44,954 bases of DNA. Source: Candidatus Nanohaloarchaea archaeon (GTDB lineage: Archaea > Nanohalarchaeota > Nanosalinia > Nanosalinales > Nanosalinaceae). The notes beneath the pieces are model-generated. The model ran no database searches. It had not been told where the DNA came from and saw only the letters and a list, made by a program, of their open reading frames with translations. The position numbers and the translations under genes are program-made. The DNA lies in contig JBDGRE010000004.1 of the NCBI GenBank assembly GCA_042218325.1, positions 1 to 44,954 of the forward strand. The letters are read 5' to 3'. Position 1 is the first letter of the stretch. Every line of letters starts with the position of its first letter. Shown in pieces: positions 26,362 through 36,077 of this stretch.

Positions 26362-27381
26362 ATGGGAGTCGACCTCGGCGAGCTGGTGGAGCCGGAACGC
26401 ATCGAATGGGAGGACCTTCACGATAAAGAGCTCGCCATAGACGCGATGAACACGCTGTACCAGTTCCTCTCCATCATACGGCAGCGTGACGGCACGCCGC
26501 TGAAGGACTCCTCCGGGAACGTGACCTCCCACCTCTCCGGGCTTTTCTACCGGAACATCAACCTGCTGGAGAAAGAGATACGGCCGGTCTACGTCTTCGA
26601 CGGGGAGACGCCTGACCTCAAGGAGAAGGAGAGCTCCCGCAGGAAGAAGAAGCGGGAGGAGGCCCGCGAGGAGTGGAAGCGCCTGAAGGAAGAGGGCAAG
26701 GTCGAGGAGGCTTACTCCAAGGCGACCCAGTCATCGCGGATGACCGGCGACATGATAAAGGAGGCCAAGAAGCTGCTCGACGCGATGGGTATCCCCTACG
26801 TCCAGGCGCCGAGCGAGGGCGAGGCCCAGGCGGCCTACATGACACATAATCAGGTGTATGCAGTCGGCTCACAGGACTGGGACTGCCTGCTGTTCGGCGC
26901 GGAGCGCATGGTGCGGAACCTTACGACGCGTAAAAAGAGGAAGACATCCAGCGGCGGCGAGAAAAAGGTCTCCGTGGAGAGTATAGAGCTTGAAGACGTC
27001 CTTGAAGAACTGGATATTCCCCGGGAAAAGCTTGTCTGGATGGGTGTAATGATGGGGACTGATTTCAACCCGGACGGGATCAAGGGTATCGGCCCGAAGA
27101 CCGCCCTCAAGCTCGTAAGGGAGTACGACAGCTTCGACGGGCTGATGGAAGACGAGAAAGTGGACTGGCAGTCCGACAACGACCCGGAAACTATACGGGA
27201 CTTCTTCCTCGACCCGCCTGTCGAGGACATAGACTACAGCTTCGGTGAACCGGACGGGGAGCGGATAAAGGAGATACTGGTAGACCGGCACGATTTCTCG
27301 GAAAAGCGAGTGGACTCGGGCCTGGAGAAGCTGGAGAAAGCGCTCGAATCCCGGCAGTCAGGTCTCGGGAGCTTCACCTGA
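26362..27381 (+). CDS. fen1: Flap endonuclease 1
   Basis: MGV start, IDAMNTLYQFLSIIRQRDG, YVFDG, APSEGEAQAA, SQDWD, GTDFN, GIGPKTA, C-terminal PIP-like QSGLGSF. Confidence 0.97.
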   Translation: MGVDLGELVEPERIEWEDLHDKELAIDAMNTLYQFLSIIRQRDGTPLKDSSGNVTSHLSGLFYRNINLLEKEIRPVYVFDGETPDLKEKESSRRKKKREEAREEWKRLKEEGKVEEAYSKATQSSRMTGDMIKEAKKLLDAMGIPYVQAPSEGEAQAAYMTHNQVYAVGSQDWDCLLFGAERMVRNLTTRKKRKTSSGGEKKVSVESIELEDVLEELDIPREKLVWMGVMMGTDFNPDGIKGIGPKTALKLVREYDSFDGLMEDEKVDWQSDNDPETIRDFFLDPPVEDIDYSFGEPDGERIKEILVDRHDFSEKRVDSGLEKLEKALESRQSGLGSFT

Positions 27382-27437
27382 CAGCCTCGGGAGGAAAGCT
27401 GGCAGAGAAAATCCCCTGTATCGACCCTTGATATCCG

Positions 27438-28835
27438 TTACCGGGTCTCGCGCAGTTCTTTCAGCACCAGCTTTGTTATCTCTCCTATCTCCTGGTAACC
27501 TTCTCGCAGCTCCTCTATCTCGTCCTGCTGTCGCTCTATCTCCTCCACAAGGACTTCGACGCTATCATCTCCACGGGTTTCCAGCTCCTCGACACGGGAC
27601 TCAAGCCTCTCGATGCGTTCTTCGCCGCCCGAACTGCCCACGAGCTCAGATAGGTTCCTGTTTATCTCCTCCAGTACCTCCGCTGTAGAGCTTTCTTCCT
27701 GCTCCTGCAGTTCCTCGTACTCGTCCCGTGACAGCAGTTTCAGCTGGGCGAGGTCGTCGAAGTCGTTGAAAAGCCACTTGAAGTCCGCGACGATGGCCTT
27801 GAGCTTTTCTACATCCTCCCTGAGCTCCGCGGGCTGACTGTCGTCGATCTCGGCCTGGAGCTGTTCTATCCTCTTGTTTAGGTTGGCGACATCCGTGCGG
27901 AGCTGCTCTACGTCGTCGCCACCCATCTCTTCTATCTTCTCTTCGTGGGCTTCAAGACGTTCGTCGTGCTCGTCCAGTCGTTCCTCGAGCGGTTCGCCTT
28001 CCTGTATCCTTTCTTCGAGCTGCTCCAGCCGGGATTCGATATCATCTGCCTGCTCTGTGAGGCTGTCCCGGACCTCTGTGATGAGGTCTGATTTCTCCGC
28101 GAGCCTGTCCTTGACCTCCTGGAGCTCCGTCTCGAGCTCTCCTATCTCTTCGCGTTCTTCGAGCTCCTTTACGGTGGACTGGAGCTGCTCGAGGCGGGCA
28201 TCGAGCCTTTCCTCGATGTCCTGCACCTTCTGTTCGAGGCCCTCATCCGGCTGTTCGGGCATGGCTTCCTCGAGCTCCTCCACTTTTTCGACCTGGTCCG
28301 CGAGAGAGTTTACCTCGTCCCGCAGCGACTCCATATCGAGCTCCTCGAGTTCCGCGACCCGGTCCTCTACTTCTCCCGATTCAGCGGTTTCAAGCCGTTC
28401 CTCCAGCTCCTCGATCCGTTGCTCTATATCTTCGATATCCTCTTCACTTATCGCCGGTTCACCGGTCGTAGAAACGTGGCCTGTATCGCTCCCTTCTTCG
28501 TCTTCCTCGCTATCTCCGTCATCTTCTGTGGTCTCTTCGACCTGCTCTTCATCCTGTCCATCTTCGTCCCCGAAAAGAGCCGTCTCGCCGGCATCATCCG
28601 CTTCTTCCCCGTCTACCGGTTCTTCCTCAGTGAAGGATGTGCCGCCTTCCGGGTCTTCATCTTCCCCGAACAGCGCCTCTTCCTCATCGGCACCGTCTTC
28701 AGCGCCTGAGTCTCCGGCCTCGCCAGCCTGTTCTTCATCTTCTTCGCCGAAAAGCACGTCCTGCTTTGACTCTTCTTCCTCTTCCTCATCTTCGCCGAAT
28801 ATAACGTCGTCAGCCATCTTGCTCGCCTTTAACAC
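27438..28835 (-). CDS. Very acidic coiled-coil protein with repeated (I/L)FG(E/D) motifs
   Basis: Glu/Asp-rich N-terminus followed by long heptad repeats. Confidence 0.75.
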   Translation of the reverse strand: MLKASKMADDVIFGEDEEEEEESKQDVLFGEEDEEQAGEAGDSGAEDGADEEEALFGEDEDPEGGTSFTEEEPVDGEEADDAGETALFGDEDGQDEEQVEETTEDDGDSEEDEEGSDTGHVSTTGEPAISEEDIEDIEQRIEELEERLETAESGEVEDRVAELEELDMESLRDEVNSLADQVEKVEELEEAMPEQPDEGLEQKVQDIEERLDARLEQLQSTVKELEEREEIGELETELQEVKDRLAEKSDLITEVRDSLTEQADDIESRLEQLEERIQEGEPLEERLDEHDERLEAHEEKIEEMGGDDVEQLRTDVANLNKRIEQLQAEIDDSQPAELREDVEKLKAIVADFKWLFNDFDDLAQLKLLSRDEYEELQEQEESSTAEVLEEINRNLSELVGSSGGEERIERLESRVEELETRGDDSVEVLVEEIERQQDEIEELREGYQEIGEITKLVLKELRETR

Positions 28836-28861
28836 CGAGAAGTACTCAAAACATTAAAACT

Positions 28862-30313
28862 CTACTGGTCCATCGCCTGCTTCACGAGCTCCGACAGCTC
28901 CAGTACCGTGGCGAGCAGGTCCTCTACCTCTGCCTCGTTCTCGTGCACCCCGTTCTCCATCGTCGCGAGTTCGTTGTCGACCGCCTCCCAGAGCTGCTCG
29001 ACCTTCCCGTCGACCTCTTCTATTTCTTCCCCTATGCTCTCGTCCCGTTCACGGGTTTCCTCGTCAAGGCTCTGCAGGTCGGCCCGGAGCCCTTCCACTG
29101 CATCCCGCAGCTCGTCCACCGAGCTCCTGAGCTCCTCTTCTATATCTTGCTGGTCCTCGCCCAGCCGCTCTATCTCGGCCTCTATCTTCTCGTTATGGTT
29201 CTCGAACTCCTGCCGCGTATCCTTCAGCTCTTTCTTCAGGCCCTGGCCTATCATGTCGTCTATATGCCGCTCCGGGTTCATGACCACGTCCTCAAGTTCC
29301 GTGAGGCGGTCGTCGATTTCCTGCGGTGTCTTGATGGCCTCAAGCCTGTCCTCCAGCTCTGCGATACGCCGCCTCATGTCGCTCCTGTCCTGCATCTCCA
29401 GCTGTTCGACCCTCTGCTCCAGCTCCTGTATCCTGGCGAGCTCCCGCGACTCCTCGTCCACTATCTTGGCCTCAAGATCTTTCAGCTCATTTTCTATCCG
29501 GCCTCCCTCCGGCCCCGGAATCGGGTCCTGCTCTGTTTCCACGTCTTCTGCACTACTCCCGGCAGTTTCCCCGGAAGGCTCCTCTACAGGCGGTTCGGGT
29601 GATGCCGGCTCCGCAACATGTTCCTCTACCGCATCTTCCCGGTCTCCATCGGGCTCCCCGTCTTCCGCCAAGGGGCCTGGAGCAGGTGCTCTCTCATCGT
29701 TTTCTGCCGCATCTTCATCTTTTCCAGGGCTTACGGACAGCTGCTCTTCTTCTAAGTCCTCCTGCTGGTCCCCGGAACTCTCTCCTGTATCGATATCTGG
29801 AACATCGTTTTCATCTCCGGGGCTGCTATCCCCGGTCCCCGGAACCTCGAGTTCGTCTTCTGGTTCGCCCGCCGGTTCTGCCGGTCCCTCGAGAGGCATG
29901 CCGGGCCCGTCCTGTTCCATATCACCAGGTTCTTCCTCAATGCCGGACCTGAGGCTGTCGAGCGTCTCGTGGCTTCCTATGTCCTCCGGTGCGTCCACGG
30001 TGCGGTCGTCCTCTTCTACGGGAGCATCGTAATCAGGCGCAGGGACTTCCTCTGCTGCGACAGGAGCCGCGGTCGTTTCTTCATCGCTGCTGCCGGAGCG
30101 CGTGAAGAACGATTTTATTCTTGAGACTAGGCCTTCCCTGGTGTCCTCCGAGTCGATCTCTGCCATCCGGTCCTCCAGCTCGCCTATATCGTGTTCGTCC
30201 TCGGTTTCCTCTTCGTCGCCGGGCACGTCAACTACTTCGACTCCTTCCGAGGCCTTCTTGGCGTGTAGTTCCTCGGTGGCCTCCTTTACGCTTTTCTCGA
30301 TGGCAGAAGCCAT
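28862..30313 (-). CDS. Very acidic disordered + coiled-coil protein
   Basis: Pro/Glu/Asp-rich middle and C-terminal heptads; co-oriented with the previous gene. Confidence 0.75.
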   Translation of the reverse strand: MASAIEKSVKEATEELHAKKASEGVEVVDVPGDEEETEDEHDIGELEDRMAEIDSEDTREGLVSRIKSFFTRSGSSDEETTAAPVAAEEVPAPDYDAPVEEDDRTVDAPEDIGSHETLDSLRSGIEEEPGDMEQDGPGMPLEGPAEPAGEPEDELEVPGTGDSSPGDENDVPDIDTGESSGDQQEDLEEEQLSVSPGKDEDAAENDERAPAPGPLAEDGEPDGDREDAVEEHVAEPASPEPPVEEPSGETAGSSAEDVETEQDPIPGPEGGRIENELKDLEAKIVDEESRELARIQELEQRVEQLEMQDRSDMRRRIAELEDRLEAIKTPQEIDDRLTELEDVVMNPERHIDDMIGQGLKKELKDTRQEFENHNEKIEAEIERLGEDQQDIEEELRSSVDELRDAVEGLRADLQSLDEETRERDESIGEEIEEVDGKVEQLWEAVDNELATMENGVHENEAEVEDLLATVLELSELVKQAMDQ

Positions 30314-30438
30314 ACAACTGGAGATTTGGTCGCACCGGTTAATAAAATCGCCCTCCGGGACACCTGGAAAAAACGTATATCGGCAGCATCTTGGCTCTTC
30401 AGGCAGGGTTAAATACAGCGAGGAGAAATGATTGATAT

Positions 30439-31896
30439 ATGCAGCCGACCGTACTTGTAGTAATGGACGGAGTAGGTCTCCGCGAAGAAGAAAAAGGGAA
30501 CGCGTTCAGGCAGGCCGAAACAACGAACATAGACTCTCTGATGGAGGACGGGTTCGAGGAGCTACAGGCTTACGGGCCCGCGGTCGGGCTGCCGGAGGGC
30601 TACCAGGGCAACAGCGAGGTCGGCCACCTGCACCTTGGCGCGGGCAGAAGGATACCCCAGCGACTGAAACGTATCAACGACGCCGCGAAGAGCGGAGAGC
30701 TCGGGGAGAAAAAAGCACTCGTGGAGGCACTGGAGCGCGCCGAGGAGAACGGGACAGCGGTCCACTTCGCCGGCATAATCAGCGACGGAGGCATCCACGG
30801 CCATATGAACCACCTCGCGGCCCTGCTCGAGATAACGTCTCGATATGGTATCGAGGATGTCTACGTCCACTGCTTCACCGACGGCCGGGACGCGGCCCCT
30901 AAGAGCGCTGGAAAGTTCCTGTCACAGGTCGAGGACTGGTGCGACGAGTACGGCGCGGAGATAGCGACCGTGGAAGGAAGGTACTACGCTATGGACCGGG
31001 ACCACAACTGGGATAGAACCGAGAAGGCGTACCGGGCGATGGCTCTCGGCGACGGCTTCGAGTTCTCGGAGCCCGCGGAAGCTGTGGAAAAAACATATCG
31101 TGAAGGCGACTACGACTACTTCGTCCAGCCGTCTGTGAACGAGCGCTACGAAGGGATGGAAAACGGCGATGAACTCATTTTCTACAACTACCGGGCCGAC
31201 AGGGAGGTCCAGATAGCCAGCGCATTCCTGGAAGAAGGTTTCCAGGAATTCGAGAACCCGGTCAGGCCGAACTTCACCTCGATGTTCCTTTACGAGCACG
31301 ACTTCGATAACCCTGTGATGTTCGAGAAGCAGGTGGTGGAGGACACGCTCGGCGAGAAGATAGAGCGCGCGGGTATGAGCCAGCTACGTATCACTGAGTC
31401 GCAGAAGATACCGCACGTCACCTACTTCTTCAACGGCCAGCGCGAGCTGGAGTTCGAGAACGAGCAGCGGGATTTCGTGGAGTCCGACAAGATAAAGGCC
31501 TACGACCAGAAACCAGAGATGCACGCCGACGACATAACACATATACTGGTCGAGTCCATACAGAACGGCGAGCACGAGTTCATAATGCTGAACTTCCCGA
31601 ACTGCGACCTTGTCGGCCACACAGGCGACCTGGACGCCGCGGTAACCGCGGTCGAGACCGTTGACCGGAACATCGGCCGTATAGTCGAGGCCGTCGGTGG
31701 AACTGATTACGCGCTCGTCGTGACCGCGGACCACGGCAACTGCGAGGACGTCGGCTCAGAGGAGGACCCGAACACCTCCCACACCCTGAACGATGTCCCG
31801 CTGATGGTCTACAACGCCTCGCCAGGTTTCAGCTTCGAGAAGAACGAGCTCTGGGAGACCGAGAAACTGGTCGAGGATCTGCTGGATCTGGACTAA
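30439..31896 (+). CDS. gpmI: 2,3-bisphosphoglycerate-independent phosphoglycerate mutase
   Basis: MDGVG, GNSEVGH, SDGGIHGH, TDGRD, GRYYAMDRD, HVTYFFNG, DLVGHTG, TADHGN. Confidence 0.95.
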   Translation: MQPTVLVVMDGVGLREEEKGNAFRQAETTNIDSLMEDGFEELQAYGPAVGLPEGYQGNSEVGHLHLGAGRRIPQRLKRINDAAKSGELGEKKALVEALERAEENGTAVHFAGIISDGGIHGHMNHLAALLEITSRYGIEDVYVHCFTDGRDAAPKSAGKFLSQVEDWCDEYGAEIATVEGRYYAMDRDHNWDRTEKAYRAMALGDGFEFSEPAEAVEKTYREGDYDYFVQPSVNERYEGMENGDELIFYNYRADREVQIASAFLEEGFQEFENPVRPNFTSMFLYEHDFDNPVMFEKQVVEDTLGEKIERAGMSQLRITESQKIPHVTYFFNGQRELEFENEQRDFVESDKIKAYDQKPEMHADDITHILVESIQNGEHEFIMLNFPNCDLVGHTGDLDAAVTAVETVDRNIGRIVEAVGGTDYALVVTADHGNCEDVGSEEDPNTSHTLNDVPLMVYNASPGFSFEKNELWETEKLVEDLLDLD

Positions 31897-32144
31897 GAAC
31901 AGGCTATATTGACGTTACATCCGTTGCTGGAAGCCTTCGCCTTCTTGCTCTGGCACTGGGCCACGTCGCCTCTTTCAGCAGCAGACCTGGCCTGACTCTT
32001 GAGAAGGTTGCACTGGGCGCTGTCGGTCTGGCTGCCGAGGAAGTCACCGATATCGCTAGACTGGCCCTGCACCATGAAGACCACTATCGTCCCTGTTATG
32101 ATGGCGACGGTGGCGACAAGTATCAGCTGGACTGAAAGCTCCAT
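31893..32144 (-). CDS. Pilin-like protein
   Basis: N-terminal hydrophobic helix and four Cys; lacks an in-frame KG leader (see findings). Confidence 0.65.
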   Translation of the reverse strand: MELSVQLILVATVAIITGTIVVFMVQGQSSDIGDFLGSQTDSAQCNLLKSQARSAAERGDVAQCQSKKAKASSNGCNVNIACS

Positions 32145-32182
32145 GCTTTAGTCTTCACCGGCCTTGTTTAAACGATTGGCGC

Positions 32183-32470
32183 TTACCGCTGCTTGCTGCA
32201 GGTCACCTGACCGCTGGGCCCTATCTGGTGACCGTTCACAGTCTGGCCGAGGAGTCCGGCTCTCTCGCAGCTTGCAGGGGCCTGAAAACTGGTCTGGCCT
32301 GATGCCACGCTACACTTCGAGGTTATGGTGGAAACACAGCTCTGGCGGTTGGATCCCGAGAAAACGTCCTGAAGGCTTCCCTGTGTCATGAATATCACGG
32401 TCAGCGCGGTCATCATCAGTACGCTGGCGGCGACGATGAGTGCCAGCGTCTGGGACATCCCCTTGTTCAT
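32183..32470 (-). CDS. Type IV pilin-like protein (class III signal peptide)
   Basis: MNKG|MSQTLALIVAASVLMM; four Cys. Confidence 0.8.
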   Translation of the reverse strand: MNKGMSQTLALIVAASVLMMTALTVIFMTQGSLQDVFSGSNRQSCVSTITSKCSVASGQTSFQAPASCERAGLLGQTVNGHQIGPSGQVTCSKQR

Positions 32471-32556
32471 AGTGAAAAGTTTCTTCTGGTGGTATAAAAA
32501 TATGCGGAGGTTCTCCCGGTGAAAAGAAAAAGAGCAATGGGACGGGAGAGCGCCCG

Positions 32557-32835
32557 TCACTGCGAGAGGTCTATCTGGATGGAGGATACATCCAGTTCCT
32601 CGCCTTCATCGGTGTCTATCTGGTCGGTGTCGATGGTGATGTCGTCGACTTCTGCGTCCTCCACGAACTTCCTCTTCACCATCTCTGCGACGTCCACTGC
32701 CCGTGAAATCGCTTTCCCGCGTGCCTTTACGTGTACTGTGTCCTGTCCCTCGTTGAACTGGGTCACTACTGCAAGTACGTAGCTCATAGCGGGTTTAGAG
32801 CCTACGTATACCGTGTTGTCGTCTTCTTCTACCAC
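32557..32835 (-). CDS. albA: DNA/RNA-binding protein Alba
   Basis: [37 protein letters not shown]. Confidence 0.96.
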   Translation of the reverse strand: MVEEDDNTVYVGSKPAMSYVLAVVTQFNEGQDTVHVKARGKAISRAVDVAEMVKRKFVEDAEVDDITIDTDQIDTDEGEELDVSSIQIDLSQ

Positions 32836-32889
32836 TGTCAGTTCACCTGAGCAACCCTTGAGAACCCACTGATTTATACGTTGCGGCTT

Positions 32890-33891
32890 CTACCGCGTGA
32901 ATTCGTGGACGTAGACCGAGGTCAGGTTCAGGTGCTTCCATCCCGATTCCACAGGTATCGTGTACCGGTCGTCCTCGTAGAAATCGGAGACAACAAGCTT
33001 CTCGTAGAAGTAGCTGTAGGAGGCGTCGCCCCTGTAACATGTGGAGCGTGTCCCCGGGCAACATTCGTCGGCGTCGGATGAAAGCGGAGACTTGTGTCTT
33101 ATGCTCCGGGATGCGATGAGCTGTATGGTGCGAGTCATCTCGTCGAGGTTTGGTACGTCGCGGCCTGCGTTCACCACGTTGTTCTCTATCGCGTCGAGCC
33201 TGTTCACCGCCTTCCTGCGGGCGTCGTCAAGTGCTGCCTGTTCCGCCGCGCTTGCTGACGAGTAGCCGCAGGTGGCGTCACCGTCCGTGGTACCAGGGTT
33301 GATCTGTCTCTCCGCTTCCTGCTTCATGGCCCTGAAGACGTTCTCCGTGTTCTCCGCGATGTTCAGTATCCTGTTGCCGTAGACCGTCCCCGTGGTCTCC
33401 TCGCGAGGTGTGACGTACCGGACCTCCGTACCTGAGCTTTTACATGTGGTCGAGGCGAGAGGTGAGCCGGAGGATACCGTTACCGAGGCGTTTTCACCGT
33501 TGTCCTCAACCGACAGCGCGACTTCCGGTATGGAGACCTGGCAGGTAATTGAGCCTGGTTTCCCGAGATAGCTGGATTCGAGGTAGCTCTCCGCGGAACC
33601 GTTCAGCCTCGCCGTTATGTTTTCCTTCACTTCGTCCGCCTGGTTCTTGTAGTAATCCTTCTTCTCCAGCTCTACCGAGGCCTGGTCCGTCGAGTAGGCC
33701 GCAGCCATGGGGATGTAATCGTAGACGACGAAGTCCGTTCTCGTCTCCGCGTCCGATACTACCTGGAGGTCGTTGACGTTGTTCTGGAGGACCCTCGGAA
33801 GACTCGAGGTCGACTGCAGCGCCAGGACTCCGGCGAACATCGTCAGGGTGATTATCGAGAACATCACTATGATCGTTCCCTGTCCTTTCAT
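32890..33891 (-). CDS. Large pilin-like protein
   Basis: MKG|QGTIIVMFSII... class III signal; Cys-containing ectodomain. Confidence 0.75.
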   Translation of the reverse strand: MKGQGTIIVMFSIITLTMFAGVLALQSTSSLPRVLQNNVNDLQVVSDAETRTDFVVYDYIPMAAAYSTDQASVELEKKDYYKNQADEVKENITARLNGSAESYLESSYLGKPGSITCQVSIPEVALSVEDNGENASVTVSSGSPLASTTCKSSGTEVRYVTPREETTGTVYGNRILNIAENTENVFRAMKQEAERQINPGTTDGDATCGYSSASAAEQAALDDARRKAVNRLDAIENNVVNAGRDVPNLDEMTRTIQLIASRSIRHKSPLSSDADECCPGTRSTCYRGDASYSYFYEKLVVSDFYEDDRYTIPVESGWKHLNLTSVYVHEFTR

Positions 33892-34322
33892 CCGAGCACC
33901 TCGTAGTCAGCTATCAGCCTCACAGTTTCGCCTCCCCTGGCGGGTAGTTCGACGCCGTAGGTGCCTCCCTTCCTCCTTCCGGTCTTCGTACCTCTCTCGA
34001 ATATGTTCTCCACATCCTGGCCATCCCGGGTCTTCACCGCAAAATAGGGGAAGTTGGCAGCGATAAGTTCGACCTGCCGGCTGTCGATGGGTTTCTGCCG
34101 GCCCGAGGCAGTGTAAGATATCCTGTCGTAGTTGTTCATGACTCCATTCTCCGCCTTCATGGCTGCCGAGAGGGCTGCCTGGGCCTCTGTCGCGGATGTC
34201 TCGGCCCTGGTCACCTGCGTGGCGTCGACCGTCATCTGAGGGACGAAGAAGACTATTATTATCGCGAGGAAGGCCACTATCAGCGCGGTTATCGGCCAGA
34301 AAAGCACCTCGGACGGGTTCAT
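33888..34322 (-). CDS. Membrane-anchored pilin-like protein
   Basis: MNPSEVLFWPITALIVAFLAIII; ATGA overlaps on both sides. Confidence 0.7.
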   Translation of the reverse strand: MNPSEVLFWPITALIVAFLAIIIVFFVPQMTVDATQVTRAETSATEAQAALSAAMKAENGVMNNYDRISYTASGRQKPIDSRQVELIAANFPYFAVKTRDGQDVENIFERGTKTGRRKGGTYGVELPARGGETVRLIADYEVLG

Positions 34323-34723
34323 CCTGCCTTCACCTCCCTGCTGAATATCTCGCGCATGCCCGAGTTCTCGACCCATATCGGCAGCGCCGTGCCGAGCGTC
34401 GTGCGGACGCAGTCGTTCCCTCCGCCGTTAACCTCGCTGTTCAGGAAGAACTTCCTGCTCTCTACTCCCTCTATCATGCAGTCGTTCCTCTCCAGTTTTC
34501 GCAGCATCTCCCGTGACGCCACCGAGTTCTCGCCCGTGGAGACAGCCCTGTAGCTGTAGACCGTGGACTCGTATTCATCGTAGTTGCCCTCTATGTTGTG
34601 GACGCTCACTCTTACGGTGTAGTCGAGTACGAACACCGGTATCAGCGAGAGCATTATGCCGAGCGTGAGTCCGGCTACCGGTACTATGAGCTGCGACTGG
34701 CCCTTAGCAGTCACCGCTTCCAC
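34319..34723 (-). CDS. Pilin-like protein
   Basis: AKG|QSQLIVPVAGLTLGIML. Confidence 0.72.
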   Translation of the reverse strand: MEAVTAKGQSQLIVPVAGLTLGIMLSLIPVFVLDYTVRVSVHNIEGNYDEYESTVYSYRAVSTGENSVASREMLRKLERNDCMIEGVESRKFFLNSEVNGGGNDCVRTTLGTALPIWVENSGMREIFSREVKAG

Positions 34724-35075
34724 CTCCTGTCACCTTCGCGCCGCCCGGTACGCGCGAGAGACAGAACTCTTTCGACGTGAATGACTGCCCCTGGATGTTC
34801 ACGGGTGAGTCCTTCGCCACGGTCCTCTGCTCATAGGAAAGGTTGAAGCCCCGGTCCGTCGGCTGAAACTCGTAGCTGCCGCCGAGGCCGGTCTTCACGT
34901 AGCCGTCGCTGAAGTTGGATACAAGCAGGATATCTTCCTGCAGCTGCTCGGCGCGGAGCGACAGCGATTCCTCCCGGAGCTCGTCCTGGATGTTGACCGT
35001 GCTGTGGAAACCGAGTATCAGTGTCGCGATGACGGAGGCCAGGAGGAACGTGACGGTGTGGTCGCTGAGAGTCAC
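34704..35075 (-). CDS. Pilin-like membrane-anchored protein
   Basis: N-terminal hydrophobic helix TVTFLLASVIATLILG; operon overlap. Confidence 0.65.
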   Translation of the reverse strand: MTLSDHTVTFLLASVIATLILGFHSTVNIQDELREESLSLRAEQLQEDILLVSNFSDGYVKTGLGGSYEFQPTDRGFNLSYEQRTVAKDSPVNIQGQSFTSKEFCLSRVPGGAKVTGGGSGDC

Positions 35076-35506
35076 TTTTCATCCACCCTTACGGTGACCT
35101 CTCCGCTGTCCTTGACCATCGAGAACCTGTAAAGGCCTGACTGGAACTCGCCGTCCATCGAGTAACTGCAGGTATCCCCGAAGAACACCTTTCTCGTGGT
35201 CTTGCCGTAGTCGAGGCACACCGCCTTTTTGCCCTGTACCTCGCATATGTAGCCTCTTTCAAGCCCCCTGAACTCGCGTTCGTAAAAGTTTCCCTGTTCT
35301 GGCGGCAGCCGGTCAAGGGTGGAATCCGTGCAGAGTCTTTCGGCCTTCGTGACGACGTTCTCCCTGATCCAGTTCGCGTCGCTTTCCGCCCTTGAAGTAC
35401 TGGAAAACGGTTTCATGAACATGCCGGAGGCGACACCTGTCGCCACGACCACGAGTGCTGTTGTCGAGATGAAGAAGATGACGACGTTTATCGTGTCTCC
35501 TTTCAA
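35072..35506 (-). CDS. Pilin-like protein
   Basis: TTG start: MKG|DTINVVIFFISTTALVVVA. Confidence 0.7.
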   Translation of the reverse strand: MKGDTINVVIFFISTTALVVVATGVASGMFMKPFSSTSRAESDANWIRENVVTKAERLCTDSTLDRLPPEQGNFYEREFRGLERGYICEVQGKKAVCLDYGKTTRKVFFGDTCSYSMDGEFQSGLYRFSMVKDSGEVTVRVDEK

Positions 35507-35742
35507 CCCTCTCCACACCTTGACCTGCAGGACTGCAGCCTCGAGCTGCCGACCGGGTACTCGGAAAGGCAGTCGGCCCGGCACGCAGCAGCGCTTATGT
35601 TGTCCTGTGTGTTTCCACGGGAGTCACTGTTCACGTCTTGGGCCTTTGCCAGGAACTGCTGGGCGGCCTGGAACACGAGGAACACCGACACCATCACCAC
35701 TACGGCAGCGACCAGTACGTTCCTGCTCATTTCACCTTTCAC
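35503..35742 (-). CDS. Small pilin-like protein
   Basis: MKG|EMSRNVLVAAVVVMV; CxxxC...CxxxC C-terminus. Confidence 0.72.
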   Translation of the reverse strand: MKGEMSRNVLVAAVVVMVSVFLVFQAAQQFLAKAQDVNSDSRGNTQDNISAAACRADCLSEYPVGSSRLQSCRSRCGEG

Positions 35743-35882
35743 TGGATGAACACCTCCATCATGCCTGTGAAACCCAGGCTCCTGCTTACCTGGCCGTTAA
35801 GCACTGATATCACCACGACTACGGCCACGAGTGCCACGAGCATACCGACCAGGTACGACAGCGTCAGGTTGAATCCCTTCAA
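35739..35882 (-). CDS. Mini-pilin (47 aa, not in ORF track)
   Basis: TTG start after GGTGA: MKG|FNLTLSYLVGMLVALVAVVVVISV... Confidence 0.7.
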   Translation of the reverse strand: MKGFNLTLSYLVGMLVALVAVVVVISVLNGQVSRSLGFTGMMEVFIQ

Positions 35883-35886
35883 GCTT

Positions 35887-36033
35887 TCACCCTATGTTGG
35901 CCAGCTGCATGGCCATGTCGGCGCCCGCTTGTAGTTCCCCCTCGATTATCGTGTACACGAGGGCGACCCCGAGGGCGGCGAGCACGAGACCCGCCACGAT
36001 ATAAAGTGGCCTTGACTGGCCTTTTTTCCGCAT
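35887..36033 (-). CDS. Mini-pilin (48 aa)
   Basis: MRKKG|QSRPLYIVAGLVLAALGVALV. Confidence 0.75.
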   Translation of the reverse strand: MRKKGQSRPLYIVAGLVLAALGVALVYTIIEGELQAGADMAMQLANIG

Positions 36034-36077
36034 AGGAAGACATGGGCCTTCGCTCTTTAAACAAATTGGCGACTTCT

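Noticed and set aside
27874-30032. Long Ser-rich plus-strand ORFs (327 and 374 aa)
   Set aside because: Antisense shadows of Glu/Asp-rich genes (GAG/GAA codons read as TCN on the other strand).
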